NCBI GenBank assembly: GCA_049724395.1
Contig: JAUGWO010000112.1
Location: 310,001-374,000, forward strand
Direction: 5' to 3'
Source: Spongospora subterranea f. sp. subterranea
Lineage: Eukaryota
DNA: 64,000 bases
Part shown: positions 14,281 through 28,339 of the stretch, piece after piece
Position numbering within the stretch: position 1 is the first letter of the stretch
How the letters are laid out: every line of letters starts with the position of its first letter
Translations under genes and position numbers: made by a program
The notes under the pieces: model-generated
Seen by the model: only the letters and a program-made list of their open reading frames with translations
Told to the model about the DNA's origin: nothing
Database searches by the model: none

Positions 14281-14666
14281 AAATAAGGTCTGCGCCTTTT
14301 GCGAGGTTGCATGTGTCGATCTTTGAAAAAAAAACGATCACACGGTAAGAATGTATGGACTGTCAACATGTTGGAACGCTGATTACAGATTCGGCAAACA
14401 ATTACCTCTGACAAGGCTCATCAAATCGATCCTTCTGTGAGTGTAGTATCAGGAACAGGTGGCGTGGCCGACCCATACCGGGTACAATCACTCCACATCG
14501 CCATTCGCAAACGGTGGCGACATGTAGACGTCAAAGTGCGATCCTGGCTGCACAACTTGAGCAATAAATGGGTTGTAGAACGAAAACCCCTGCATAAGTT
14601 AAACACGAAATGGCAAACGAATATCTGTACTGTTTAAACCGTGGCATGAGATCAGTTGCCACCCCC
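13671..14666. repeat. Long imperfect inverted repeat (foldback) with a 29-bp loop and an internal deletion in the right arm
   Basis: 13671-13890 pairs with 14447-14666 and 14143-14278 pairs with 14308-14449. Confidence 0.93.
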
Positions 14667-14701
14667 CTGATTTTTACGGAATGCAGTGTCGATATTATTT
14701 C

Positions 14702-14996
14702 TACAGTACCCGAACCCGACCCGACTCAACCTGAGAAATTTTTGTTCATTTTTGTCAGGTTTAAACGTTCGATTTTGCTGTGGAGCTCAGCTGGAATCGT
14801 GTTTTTCCACTCAGGGTATTTCAGGTCACCTCGGTCAGGCCCTTATATTTTCATTATATACACTCATAAATACAGAGTCCGGTTTGATACTCATATTTGG
14901 AGTTAAACCCGAACCCGACACTGCAAATTCAGGTCAACCCGAACCGGACTTCTCAATTCAGTCTTAACCCGAACCCGATCGTCTGGCGCTACTGTA
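14702..14996. mobile_element. Putative MITE-like element with ACCCGAACC(C/G)GA subterminal repeats
   Basis: TA-CAGTA...TACTG-TA ends; four ACCCGAACC(C/G)GA motifs; TIR match is only 5 bp. Confidence 0.35.
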
Positions 14997-15007
14997 CATC
15001 TGACATG

Positions 15008-15346
15008 ACTGGCGCAATATCATGACGGTATGGTACCTAACATGGTACATCTGCCCACTGGCGCAATATCATGACGGTATGGTACCTAACATGGTACATC
15101 TGCCCACTGGCGCAATATCATGACGGTATGGTACCTAACATGGTACATCTGCTCACTGGCGCAATATCATGACGGTATGGTACCTAACATGGTACATCTG
15201 CCCACTGGCGCAATATCATGACGGTATGGTACCTAACATGGTACATCTGCCCACTGGCGCAATATCATGACGGTATGGTACCTAACATGGTACATCTGCC
15301 CACTGGCGCAATATCATGACGGTATGGTAACATGGTACATCTGCCC
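15008..15346. repeat. 49-bp tandem repeat, ~7 copies
   Basis: Unit GGCGCAATATCATGACGGTATGGTACCTAACATGGTACATCTGCCCACT starting at 15011, 15060, 15109, 15158, 15207, 15256, 15305. Confidence 0.97.
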
Positions 15347-15530
15347 GGGCTGTAACCCTGCTCTTGACCGGTATTCTGCTTCCCGTGAGTGTTAAGTTCT
15401 GTTGGATTTCAACAAACGTTCAGCGGCGTCACCAATCTGCTCTCGCTTTTCAGAGATTTGCACCCGAGTTATTTCGAGATTCATCGGGACGTTTACCTGA
15501 GACATTTGCTTCGATATATCGCTTGCGACG

Positions 15531-16420
15531 ATGATTGGCTCGCTAGCCAAAGTCAGTGATGATCACCAGGCCCGTCTAAATGGAGACAGATTAGAGGAAT
15601 CAGAATCTAAGCTACAGCGAATAGCTGACGCCTATAGAGTGCTTATAGAATGTCTAGGCGAAGATCCTAATCGACATGTAGAGAGTCTACGTTTTCTGCC
15701 CGTTTGTTCCAGGCGTTGATTTTTTTGGCTTAGGGATTGCTGAAAACGCCAATCAGAGCTGCCAAAGCTTTAGCACATTTTACATCTGGTTACGAAATTT
15801 CTCTGGAAGGTAGCCTAATCTTCCTTCTCATTAAACTCTTTCTAAATTTCAGAAGATATTGTGAGCGGTGCGATTTTTTCAGAGAATGTAGACGAGCTTG
15901 TGGTCGTTAAAGATATTACTATTAATTCATTATGTGAACATCACCTTGTGTGTATCATGACTTTGTTTTTAGACTATTGTTGATTACGTTCAATAGGTAC
16001 CTTTCGTTGGTAAAGTCCATATCGGGTGTGTATGGGTGTTCATCTTAGAAGCTTTTCTGACCGATTGTCACTACAGATACATCCCTCGTGGTCGTGTACT
16101 AGGTTTGTCAAAACTGGCCAGAATCGCTGATATGTTTTCCCGTCGTTTACAAGTCCAAGAACGCCTGACGAAACAAATAGCTGGTGCAATTCAGGAAGTA
16201 CTTGATCCTAAAGGTGTTGCCGTCGTTATTGAGGCGACACACTTGTGTATGACTATGCGAGGTTAGATCTGGATCATGTTTACAGATCTGTATCTCTCAT
16301 CGCCTTTGCAAAGGTGTAGAAAAATCAGGCTGCACAACTACCACATCGTCTGTTCTAGGGTTGTTTAGGTCTGATCCCAGAACCAGAGCCGAGTTTTTCA
16401 GTCACGTCAATAGAGGATGA
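15531..16420 (+). CDS. GCH1: GTP cyclohydrolase I
   Basis: [72 protein letters not shown]. Confidence 0.96.
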
Positions 16421-16539
16421 ATGTATGAAGGAAAATATGTTTAATTTGAAGAGTCGACTGCATACTTTTGCTATAAAAGATTTCCGAAATAAGTTTTGAC
16501 TCAGCTTGTTCAAAGTATACCAATTATATCTTGACGCCG

Positions 16540-17513
16540 CTAACAGAGTATGTAGATAAATAATATGAAGATGGCGATTGCGCTGCTTATCAGAATACCG
16601 CATGCAGTCCGATTACTGGACGCAGCAGCTTCATTGATGTGCTCCAGGCCCCGTTTTGTGTTCGCCATCGTGTCGTCCATACAGCTTTCTATATCACCTG
16701 TCTAGCGGGTTCAGACGAAATCTATAAGTGTTGAAGTTGTCAGGAAATTTTACCGATGATCTCTCCCTGATTAGTGGTCATGTTGGCGAAATTCTCGAAT
16801 GCCTCTTTGACTACAGAAATCTTATTTGTGATTACAGTCAGTTCATGTGCTCGCTCCTGTTCTAGATTTAAATCAATTTCTGCTCCTTCTTCCATCAGTA
16901 TCATGTCGTCCTCCTCTCCAAGAAGACTTTGCGTTTCGTCATGTGTTTCGTTTTGTGGTGTGTCATCTCGACGTCCTGGATTTCTTTTATATTGACACTT
17001 CATTAGCCAAAAATAGGAGTCTTTTAGAACGGTTAATTACCGATCTGACATTAGTTCATTGTTTTCTTTCAATTTCTTAACGGAACAGATATGTTTGAAC
17101 TCTTTTCTGAGAACGGCTAAATCTCTTAATAGTCGACGTTGACGACGTCGACGCAAGCTCTGAATATTTCCTGAACATCAATTGCCATTCAAGTACATCA
17201 AACCTTGAAAAAAAAAACACCTGAGTTTCGGGACTATTGCTGCTTGTTAGACTGCTTAAGGAATTAGCGTTGATTTCGATCGCCACTGCTATTCTGTGCA
17301 CCTCTTGATAGGCTTCCCGCCTATCAGTACCAGGTCAACGTAGCCGGTTTTGGCGATATTATGGTTTAACTACAATGATCTACGTAAATGATAACTGTTG
17401 CCAGCTGCAGTGGATGTTAATTTAGAAAAAGCTGATATTCCGGCTCGAAGATCGCCAAGATCATGCTGAACGTGCATAGCACATGTATCAAAGCTATCTC
17501 CATCCTTGTCCAT
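16540..17513 (-). CDS. Syntaxin (Qa-SNARE, syntaxin-7/Pep12-like)
   Basis: SNARE motif ERAHELTVITNKISVVKEAFENFANMTTNQGEII|DIESCMDDTMANTKRGLEHINEA plus a C-terminal TM helix. Confidence 0.8.
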
Positions 17514-18591
17514 CACAGCACCTCAATAGTAAAATCGTGAACCTATTTCAGATTGATTGTAGTTGAGTCACAGAACTGGACGTTTGAGGCTGTTGAATAT
17601 TGCAACTTATTTCTAGATCTGACATCACGTCCTTAGCCGCTAAGTCCAGACTTTGAGTTAACAACCCTAGCAGCTACACAAACTCAACATACTCTGAGGT
17701 GTTGCAAGGCGAACATCGCTTCGTTTAAAAAATATTGTCGTGTTAAAATTCGGATGGTTCCTCCTGAACTAACTTTAGCTGTGACATAAGTCTAGAATGT
17801 TTCAGGGTTTGTGGTGACAGGCTGTGACCACGTAATCCTCAAAGGATTAGACATGCTGATCATGAAATCAAGATGACCTATAGACGGATGCGTCTAGCCC
17901 ATAACCGGATTAACTGACACCTCCTGGCTATTACTGCTTCTCTTCGTTGACGACTACATTTTGCAACATCATTGCTGTGAGCTCATCAAATCCTTACCTT
18001 GTTGCTGTTGTCGATGCGATAAGATTGACTTTGCACATAAATCAGAAATATTTTCGTCAACGACAAATTTCATTGAGGCTGCAGATGGTTTTAGCATTTA
18101 TTATCTGTGCCCGTAAAGGAGGTGTTCGAACAGACCACGTGCAAAATCTGGATATAGTTGTAGTATAACCCATAAAACGGGAGCATTTATATCAAAGCTG
18201 GATGTCATTTCCCAGACAGCTAATGGATAGACAGACTCCAGAAAACGGACCAAAAAAAATGTCCAACACCACATTGAAATCAACAATCGTCTCCCGATTT
18301 GTCCTGTCCCGAAAACGACGCAGTCACTTGTCAAGGTCCCCGTCGTTTTGAACCGTCCCGGTAACGTGTCACGCGCAATTTTTACGTACGAGTGATTGAC
18401 GAGTGGGTGACTGTGTGGGGGAAAGAATGGTACATCCCGTCAATATTGGCCTTGGTTGTATCGACGCAACATCACTGTACGTAGTTGTTCCAGGGTCCCC
18501 ACATGAGTATTTGATACATATAAATATCGTTTCAGCTTCATTAGGTCGAAACGGGTCTTCTCCACATTTATTATCGTTTAGCCGATGGAAA

Positions 18592-20326
18592 ATGTCTCAG
18601 AACCCGGTGACAGGTCAGTCGACTCGAAGCCAGGAAGTATACGGCATCGATCAGCTTACATCAGTGGTGTAGGAATGAGACTGAAACTGGTATTACCGAA
18701 TCAAAGGTGGTCCTTGTTTTTATAATATATCTCACGGTGCTGGTTGCGATCAATATCGATTCCGGGGCCATTCCTTCTTCTTTAGAATGTATCAAACGCT
18801 CCGTAAGCATCGTAATCTACAGATATACTTTTTTCTGAATGTTTGATTTGCCTGTCAGGTGCATTTGAGTTATTTTGGTGAAGGTCTTCTTGGAGCCCTC
18901 GTATTTATCGGGGTCGCGTTTTCAAGTATTTTCGCGGGTTCTGTTTTCGGTTCACAGAATCCGAAATGGGTCCTTACAATATCGGTGCTATTTAACGGAA
19001 TAGCTTCTTTATCATTCGCCATGGCCACAACAACGTTTGCCCTTTTAGCGTCACGAACAATGGTTGGCGTGACTCAGGCGTTTCCGATAATATATGGGCC
19101 TATATATGTCGACAAGTTCGCTCCACCAAACCGTTCTACTTTATGGATGTCACTCGTTGTAAGCTTTATTGTCGAATATATATTTCATACTTTGACTGGT
19201 TTGACATAGTATGTATGCTCACCTTTTGGTATTATGCTTGGATATGCGGCTGGGGTTTACGCAAGCAAAGATGTCACGTCGTCTAATTACAATGATACCT
19301 TATGGAGATATCCGCTTTTTGCTCAGGGACTGTTGCTTTGCTTGCTTACACCACTATTGGCAGTGACCCCAATAAGATATCTCGTTGGAGACAATCGCTT
19401 CACTGTCAATGGTTCAACTCCTGATCTCGAAAGCAGTTGCCGAAATCCGCCTCCAGAGGGCCATACTTTATTGCTCTCCAATTGGGCATCGTTCCGTTCA
19501 TTACTAACAAATGGCGTGTTTCTGTGGACGACATGCAATCTGACGGTTTTGTTCTTTGTCGTTACGGGAATCCAGTACTGGATTTCCCTGTATCTCAAAG
19601 AAGTGTGCCATACGGACGTAATTCAGACAGGTGTTGCTTTTATCGCCATATCGGCAACTGCCCCAACTGCAGGAGTCTTATTCGGCGGTTGGCTAATAGA
19701 TTATATCGGTAATGGTCGTCATGTAAATCAAAATGTGCTGTGCTTACTTCATTGTGAAGGTGGATACATTGGCCCTCAACAGACCATCAAAGCTATGAAG
19801 ACGAACGCAATACTAGGGGCAATTGCCATCGCCTCGGCACTTGTCCTAATGTCTGCTGGCACTCTCACCACTGTCATGGTTCTTGTGTTTGTTTTGTTGT
19901 TTGCTGGAGGTGCAACAGTTCCATCGTGCACTGGGTATCTTGGTTACCTGCGTTCCTTCTCATTTACAAGCTCACGCGTCGTCTGTCAGCCAACTAGCTT
20001 TCAACGTCTTCGGATTCGCTTTGTCAACGGTCGTGTCAGGGTTAATCATGCAACTTACATCTTCACGGCTTTGGGGATTCAGATCCGTTCTCCTATGGAG
20101 CTTATGGGGCATCATTGCTGTGGCTCTTGGTTACAAATCAGCACTGCGGAACCTAGTGTCGTCTAGAGAAGATGATTCGCAAATTCGGATTCCGTGTGAT
20201 TCCGCAATGATGACTCCTGATGCACCATCACGCGAAGAAATCAGCTGTGGTTCGCATTCGTATCCCCCGTTTCCCGCCCAACCTAATTTGATGATGGACC
20301 TGACTTATGTATTGGGCCCACAATGA
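18592..20326 (+). CDS. MFS transporter (Spinster-like), multi-exon
   Basis: INIDSGAIP, LLASRTMVGVTQAFPIIYGPIYVDKFAP, WRYPLFAQG, FFVVTGIQYW and many TM helices; start approximate. Confidence 0.85.
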
Positions 20327-20435
20327 TTATTGATGGGCGTCGGCCTGAACAACGGAGCGCTGGCGCAACGGGCGGTACTAACTTTTTTATTTATCAGATA
20401 AAGGTTAACAATAATATTTCTTTTGGTTAATTATC

Positions 20436-22602
20436 TCAGATGTCTTCGTTGATATTGTGTTGAACCGGGTTGTTATATCTTTCCTTTAATGGTACCACCG
20501 ATGGACGTCCATGTGCACATTGGAACGGGAGCTGACATCGTGATAAATTTGAGATGAGGGTTTGACAGTCATCAACTGTTAAATGATGGCCAAACATTAT
20601 TGCCGTCCGACACGCTGTGTAACATAATATGCTGTTGACTCGCGGGGGTTTGGTCAAGAATGAGGGCGAAGATGAACTACTCCTTAACGCATGAATGAAC
20701 TCTAACAAATCATTGACATTCAATGCGTGTCCAAATATAACAGGAACTGTCCTCAAAGCATATTTGCCGTCGTGACATGATATTAGCTGGTACCCCCAAT
20801 CTGATATGTGTTCTCTAAAGGTATCCAATGACGATAAGTCGTCAGCGTTATCCCAATCGATTTTGATCACGGGATCATATACTATATGGTCTCTAATTAA
20901 GGGTTTGTCCTGTTTGTCGTACATTACTTTTTGAAGTTCTTCAAGTCGAATACCTAAAAACCTCGCTCAAAGACACTTCGAAATTTATCAATTTTCTCAT
21001 ACGTTCATCTGCGGCATGCTGATCAATAGCTACTAGTAGGCGTTGATCGTCTTGCGTTTTTAGCACAGCAATAATGAACTTATCGTCTACCTGGAAGCAC
21101 GTTACTTTTTTGATATTCTATATATCCAGTCCGACCTGGTTGATTACTTTAGCATGATTCAACATGGAACCATGAAAGCGTATACTGGTTATCGGTTTTG
21201 CTATGAAAGCTGGTCGATTGATGGCATGGCCTCCTTGATCTCTTCTACAAAACCTAATACATCATCGTAATTTCAATGACTCTTCAAATTCAGTCCATCA
21301 TCGTTCACCTCTTTCTTAAGTTGGTCCCTTGATGAAGTGTCGAAATCCTTGCTCCTCTCCATGATATTGGACGGCATATGCGACCGTCGCCATATTCTGT
21401 ATTTGCTGACTGGGGAGATTTAAGTTTGGGTTGATGATTGCATCGATACGATAGTAATGGATTCGACTCGTGGTGGATGATGGATGCTGCAATATCTGGG
21501 TGCATTCTAGATACAGCTTGATACACGGCCTGGTATAACAATGATGAAATTTCACCAGGAATATCGTCCTTATTAGCCCATATCTCGTCATATCCAGCAT
21601 GGTCAGATGGGATATACGAGACCATATTGTCGGGACATGATATCACTATCGGCCAAATGAATCTTGGTCAACAAGGTCAACACTTCCATATTATTTTTAC
21701 CTACCGATGATATATGATGGAATGTAGTTCGTGTGAGATGAAGACAATAGATGTCGGCCAATAGCAACGATTGGCTTGAAAAGACTGGCGACCCCTTCAG
21801 ATATCGAAACACGGTTATTTACGTATAAGTATTGGACATGATTAGAATTTGGTCTGGTCCAGGGCCAAAAAAGCCCATGTACTTGATATGGGTCACGAAC
21901 AAGGAGAAATTTTGTTGGGCCGCCGATGCTATCATCTCCTCTGGTCTCATTCAGATTGCCTGTTCGTCGACCAAACAGATACTGATATTGTTCGATCAAA
22001 TCAACAGTTTTTGACGATGTCGAGAGTAATGATATTTGCCTGGAATCATCAAAAACGGACCATTTGATTTCAGGATGGATTAGTGCAATGCGCCGGACTA
22101 ATAGTCGAATAGAAAGATATAGTTTCGATGTGCTTGCCAACTTGGTTTTTATCGCATTGCATCTTACCGGAAACTGTCGAAACAAATCTCGCACATGAAC
22201 CCGTGTGCCTGACCCAGACTTGGACCAAATTTGAATATTGTCTTGATATGAAACGACTTCTCCTGATTCTATGATTTTGATAAAACCATATGGAAGATCT
22301 TTGAACTTGCTATGAATCCGTAGGTGAGATATATTGGCGATATGATATAATTGTGATGATATATGGGGATTAACACCAACATCCAGTCCATGATTTGGAT
22401 GGATCCCATTACCATTATCAATCACTGTAAATCCATATCCAGTTGGGTTCACTAACACGTCCACTGCAGAGGGTTGAGACAGCAAAGAATAATACAGTAT
22501 TGACGATAGCGCATGCTGATATGTGGGTATATGATATGCGCTCGACATCGATCTGGATATATGGTCCGATAACATCTGGCAAGGAGCCACCGCCATCCTC
22601 AA
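20436..22602 (-). CDS. MLH3: MutL-family mismatch repair/meiotic endonuclease, MLH3-like
   Basis: N-terminal VIDNGNGI...GTRVHVRDLFRQFPVR; C-terminal QVDDKFI, IDQHAADER|IRLEEL, ACRTAIMFG, LPFQCAHGRPSVVPL. Confidence 0.87.
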
Positions 22603-22779
22603 ATCGATCGTTATCTCTTTATCCCTTTATCTATCACTATGGCCCCATACCCCATCATGACCCCCTATCTCATATCACTGTTACACGCGCCGTCATCATC
22701 ACCGCACGTCGGTGTACTCGCAACGCTACGTACATCTCGACACGTTACATCTAGTGTTACACCCCTCTCGATGAACTAA

Positions 22780-24830
22780 ACTGGGGATAGCTCTTTACTT
22801 CATTATCTATAACGAACGGTCATCTGGACACACGAGTTTCATCAGGTCATTGTCTTTCGCCATTCAGTGTGTTTCTCATGTGTCAAGCTGCAACAAAATG
22901 ATACTCTCGCTGAGTATTGGTTTACTTTTACTCCACCAGCTGGGGCCTTTCATTGAAAATCAGGGATTGAATATCCCATGCCTGATGAAGGGAACCGTTT
23001 TCTAAGCTTTACACCAGATGGAGCTCGTTCTGTGGAGTACAACTCGACCGCAGGAAGAACTTCATCACGATATCGCCATTATTCATTATTTGTTGCGTGT
23101 CCTGAGAATATTTCATCACGAGGCCATATATCTAGATGACAACAATAATGGTGGGCTCCATGGTCGGGATTTCAGGCGAGCGAACTCTTGTTGCCCATTC
23201 ACCATCAGGAAAATTCTATGTTGCAGTCGTTGTAATCGACATCGTCTTGCACGGTATAATCTATCAGCTTCGACGAGATTTGTTGAGCGACTGTTCGCTG
23301 CAGAAATTCGTATGGAGTTGATGACCTTTAATCGCTTGTCAATTGCATTATGATTTGACTTAGGACTCCTTCCGATGTCACCAAGACCATATCGTTGACA
23401 TATATAATCAATAACGGGCACAGCCGAGAAAGTATTCATAACTTTCACGTATCTCGGTAGCACTTTCGATAACTCATTTGATGGAACCGGTTGATCAGGC
23501 TGGTGTTGATCAACATTGGCATGATCTAGGTACATGACAACCGACGTAGCTGGTTCCAACAACGGAGTTGAGTTGAGAAATGCGTTTTGAGGAATCGACA
23601 ACATGCCTTGACCAGCATCAAACAAGGCAATATCATCAACAACTCGGACGGTTTGCTCGTGTTCATCTTTTAGGTCAGGTAGGTGAGGATCGTGAGATTG
23701 ATCAGATAAACGATTCCGCCGTGGTATTAATTCTGACAGTATGCATATAGATCGTGCACTAGTTAATATGGACATCCATTCATAACTCCTATCTTTGTCA
23801 CATTGATTACCGTTATAATTGCGTTTACCATTTTTCGTTATCCTCTTTAACCGCCGATTGCTCTTTAGTCGTTTTTGCCGCACATTTTGTATTCGATGAA
23901 CGAATTGATGCCATAAATGCGGATCACGCTTGATATCGTTTATCCGTTTGATGAGATTTTCCTTAACCGTTCCAGCAATGGAAGAGTGTTCCCGTTGTTT
24001 TATTTCCACATCACAAGTATCGCAAAGTAAACACTTCAACGTCACCAATGAATGCAGATCCGATTGGTTCACAATTGTAATTTGGAGGTATTGTGATCGT
24101 CGTGAGCTGCTAAGGTCAGGCCGAATAGAGATATTCGGTTGCTCTGACGATGATAGGACGCTCTTCCACATGGAGTTTTCTACTGTTGTCGGCCAATCTG
24201 AGCTCAACACATTGACCTTATTTGACGATGATATCAATATTTGGATGGATCCTCCTTCACAATGAGCATAAAACCTGACCGATGATCCTCCTATAGCCGC
24301 AGGTGCTGGTAAGATCTTCCGTATATGATATTGTGATCTAGGGGCTATAGCTGCATGCACGAGATCATCAATAATCGCATATGGTCGCGACCCGTTATCT
24401 TGCATAATGGTTAATAATCCTTGTTGGACTTGTCGTAACAAGTCATTGTTATCGTCGACAGACCAGATATGTTCATCATTATTATCACTGTCGTTATATC
24501 GCATTGCGTCGTGATCTCGCATTGCATCCCAATCTGATTTTGCCTGCTGCTTCACCTGTTGCAGCAATCGGGATGGGGCTAGATCAAGGTAGGGCGACTT
24601 GTCCGGTCCATCAATACCATTCAGACTTTTTCGCACGATAAGACCACAATTGCTGCTTCCTGTAACCATCATATAATGGTATCCATACCACTATTTTTGG
24701 GTCAGTAGATTCCGCATCAAGAAGATTCATACCAATTTCAATAAAATATCCAGATGACCCAAGAAATATTCCATCGATCCAATGTTGAGTCAAGTTATGT
24801 AATGCTGTAAACTTGCAAAAAGGAGTATAA
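22780..24830 (-). CDS. Hypothetical protein (518-aa core ORF at 23116-24672 plus probable flanking exons)
   Basis: Long ORF with adjoining short-intron-like segments; no family recognised; outer boundaries uncertain. Confidence 0.5.
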
Positions 24831-24872
24831 CGATTGATATTTGTACAGTTTACGATTAGTAAAATTCTTTGA

Positions 24873-26680
24873 TTATAATAACGGCGCTCTTGATAATGCT
24901 GGGAATGGATCGGTCTGGCTCACCATGATACCGCGCTGATGAGCGATATAGCCTTTTAGATATTTGTCATAAATAAGATTAGCTGTGATGCATTCTAGCT
25001 CACTTCCGTCAATATCCTATATACAAAAAAAGACGAACATTTTCAACAACAGCAATCTAATACTGTCCGTTAACTTACCGATCGACCGTTTATTGACATT
25101 GCGAAATGGAGCACTTCAAACGGCAGAAGTGACTTCTTAATGTTATTTGGCCTTGATTGCTGAACAGATAACGCTTTCATAAACATATTCCGATACACAA
25201 ACGTTTTCAACTGCTCCAGAGTGAGAAATACACCTTTTTTGATGTATAACTCCTCATTGGCGTGAAGTTCCCTCTCGAACCAATCTAAACGACCACAATG
25301 CACAGCAGTGACAAGGCCCCTGAAATGCTGCAGTTTGAACTTGTCTAGTAACCTTATCTGAGGAAACTTGCCGAGATAAAGCTTCACAGGTACTAGGAAC
25401 CTGGATCGAGCAATGGGATTAGAAACAGAGAAGGAACGTGATCATGGTCACTATTTGTACTCCAAAATTCTGCGCTTATTCGACCATGAATTCTTATGAC
25501 AGTGAACAAACGCCCACTCCAGCGATTTCTCTGCTTGATCATATTGTTCATCGAATAATTTCAGCCTCCCTAGAAAATAGTTATACCTATAGAAATCATC
25601 AACATCAAAAGCAATAGGAAACCAAACGATTGCATACGTGACTGTCTGCGATTTGGGAAAATTCTCCAACGCGGGAAATGTTTGCCCTTCGACAGTTCGA
25701 ATGGTTTGCGTACAAAGTCTCAAATTATTGATGTGGAAATAAACCTTGAGCATTTCGTTAACCTAAACTTAAAATGGTAAACACACTACCGATCCAGCTG
25801 ACCAAATTAAACCTACTGTGAACAAAGCTCCTGCAATTTTTGACACGTTGAATGCGGACCTATCTTGAATCATTCGTCGAAAGAATTTTTGGAGAACATC
25901 AGGGACCTATGGAGCGATAGTAAAAGTCGACTGTTGACCAATTCTGCAGAACAAAAATACTTGTATGGCGTATATTGGCTTGGAATGACCGGTATTCGCA
26001 CTATTATGATCATCTGCCTTGAAAGCGACGATCCTTGGAGCAAATTGATTCATTAACAGCATAGAACTGCACATAGATTTGACAAACCTGAACGTGATCA
26101 TTACTGTATTGATAGGACGAAGCCACCAGTTCGTTTTATCGGGACGATCAATGCTCATTTCCGCTAAAAAGGCGTTCAAGGCTTCGCTTTGCTCCTACAA
26201 TAACGTATTAGCACAAAAGTCGTAAGCTACTATTGAGCGCCAACCTCAAACGCTTCAACATAGAGCCCAGACGCCATCAGGTGCATACATTGACAGTGAC
26301 CAAAAACAATCTGGACAAACCGACGTGATTTTAGCCACTATGAATTAGAGTGATTTAAACTTACTTTAGCGAAATTTCCTGACAAAATTCGGTTGCATAT
26401 GTTCTGCAATTGGCCTTTCTAAATCAGGAATGTGTTGTCACAAATTTGAAATTGGTAATGTGAAAGCAGAGCCCTACACTCTGAAATGATTGTCTTATAG
26501 ACATGGCGTCGGATGGCGAGATGACATCTTGAAGATAGATCCAGGTAAGAGCTGAACTGCTGGCCTGACTCATGGTCAGAGACAACTCATTGAAAGATAT
26601 GGAGCAGTACCGTTTTGGCACTCTATAGCTGTGTTGATATTCGTAATATACGACGATAAGATATTCACAGAGGACGCCAT
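24873..26680 (-). CDS. PCID2: PCI domain-containing protein 2 (PCID2/Thp1/CSN12-like)
   Basis: LKVYFHINNLRLC, FPKSQTVTY|YFLGRL, AFVHCHKNSWSNKRRIL, FLVPVKLYLGKFP, ELECITANLIYDKYLKGYIAH, DPFP. Confidence 0.88.
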
Positions 26681-26935
26681 GATAAAGAGCAGCTCAGAGA
26701 AATCCCCTCGTGAAGCAGTAAATGGCGTCTGCCCTACTCCGAGCGATGGATTGGCGAATGATGGCGTTTAAAATGAATGTTGTTTATGGCGATAATGAAA
26801 TGAGCGGTGTTCACGGACCTGACCCCATCCAATTAACTCAATCCGAGCGAACATTCTCAAGGAATGAAGCACGACAAGAACGACCGATTGGATATTAAAT
26901 GGGGACTTTTATGGATTTTGAGACCTGAACTTGAT

Positions 26936-27927
26936 TTACGACAACCTCAATTCCTCAGTAAAGCGATCTAATTCGGTGCGACTGGAAATGAGATTATCGT
27001 CCAACTGGATCAGGGCGCATCCTTGACAGAACTCCTCATCGGTTTCGATAGGGTCGTGACAGAGACAGCACCTTGACGACGACGCGCTCCGAACAAGTTT
27101 ACTGTTTGTTCGGATGATGTTCAACCTGCTCAGGACACACAATCAGGTTCAGATAACCACAACACGGTTGTCAACTGACATGGACGCAGGGAACGTCTTC
27201 TGAAGTTGCTTTAAGAAATCGTAAGTCACGCCCCTGACCCCTGCGAATCCTTCCTTCTCTCTGAGGAAATGAAGTTTATTGTGATCTGCCAGCGATTCCA
27301 GTTGATTCAGGCTGATCGTGAACAGGGGCCGTACGAACTGGATCCCTCGCGAGGTGAACGAGGGCTGACAACGCTCAACGGCGGCCAGCCCTCGCTCAGC
27401 GATCGCAGTGCACGAGAGCATTTCACAGGCGACCTTATCTGAGCAATCCCCTAATAGGACGGTCCTGCTGCCGGATTCGACAGCGATCCCAATCAGGGAA
27501 TTCAGTACCTGACCGCGGTTCCATTCAAATTGCGACTCAACGCCGGATGGTGCATTGAGTTGGCATTGCCGCTGCACGCTGTCCCATTTGTACAGATTGA
27601 CACTGGTCTGATCTTGAACTGACATGTCCACAATATGTGCCGACTTGATGATCAGAGAGTCTCTGGGCCGAAGGGATTTCCAGAACAAATACTGTAGGAC
27701 GGCCGAGCAAACACCTTTGGAATCGGCTACTACAACACCAGATCCTTGCTGCAAATTGCAAATCCTCATCCCTCGCATAAACTTCCTCAGCAGAAACTCC
27801 TCCAGACAGGTTCTATCAAGCGGAAATGAGGACCGGGGGTGAACAGGATTGAGGCGACATACCCGCAAAGAGGACGGGGATCAGCACAGATTGCTCGACC
27901 GGAATGGCAGCCATTGCAGTCATCCAT
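26936..27927 (-). CDS. CTU2: Cytoplasmic tRNA 2-thiolation protein 2 (CTU2/NCS2-like)
   Basis: N-terminal Cys pair, SKGVCSAVL, VLLGDCSDKVACEML, FVRPL, FLKQLQKTFPAS..NIIRTNSKL, C-terminal CLC...CQGC. Confidence 0.72.
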
Positions 27928-28339
27928 ATCAGGATCGATTATAATTCAACAGAGTTGTTAGCAAATGTGGCTCTGGAAATTGGACTCAATCTCTGGATTT
28001 TGGCGAAACTCCGTTAGTCCGTGAATTGGCTGTTTTCGGACAAAATCGCTTCAACAATGTTTTGGCCGAGGGTAAAAAATTCGTTGATTACCGTTCTTCA
28101 CAAAATTAACACCTCGTGCTGCTATAACAGGTGATTTACCTGATATTAGAGCTGGCGGATTTCCACTGAACATTGTGTTTATTTTGTTAACTTTTGAGAC
28201 ACCTGATTGAACGGTTTGACGAAAATTCTCGTATAACGCAACTGCAAGACCTCAGGCAAGGTTTAATGGCTTTTGTTCTCAATCAACGGCATGTAGACCC
28301 CATTTTTGGGTATTCACGTTCGGTGACTAACGAATCTCA

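Noticed and set aside
17545..18230. Possible small minus-strand multi-exon gene (FARGLFEHLLY, faintly p31comet-like)
   Set aside because: I could not build a consistent spliced model and the similarity is too short
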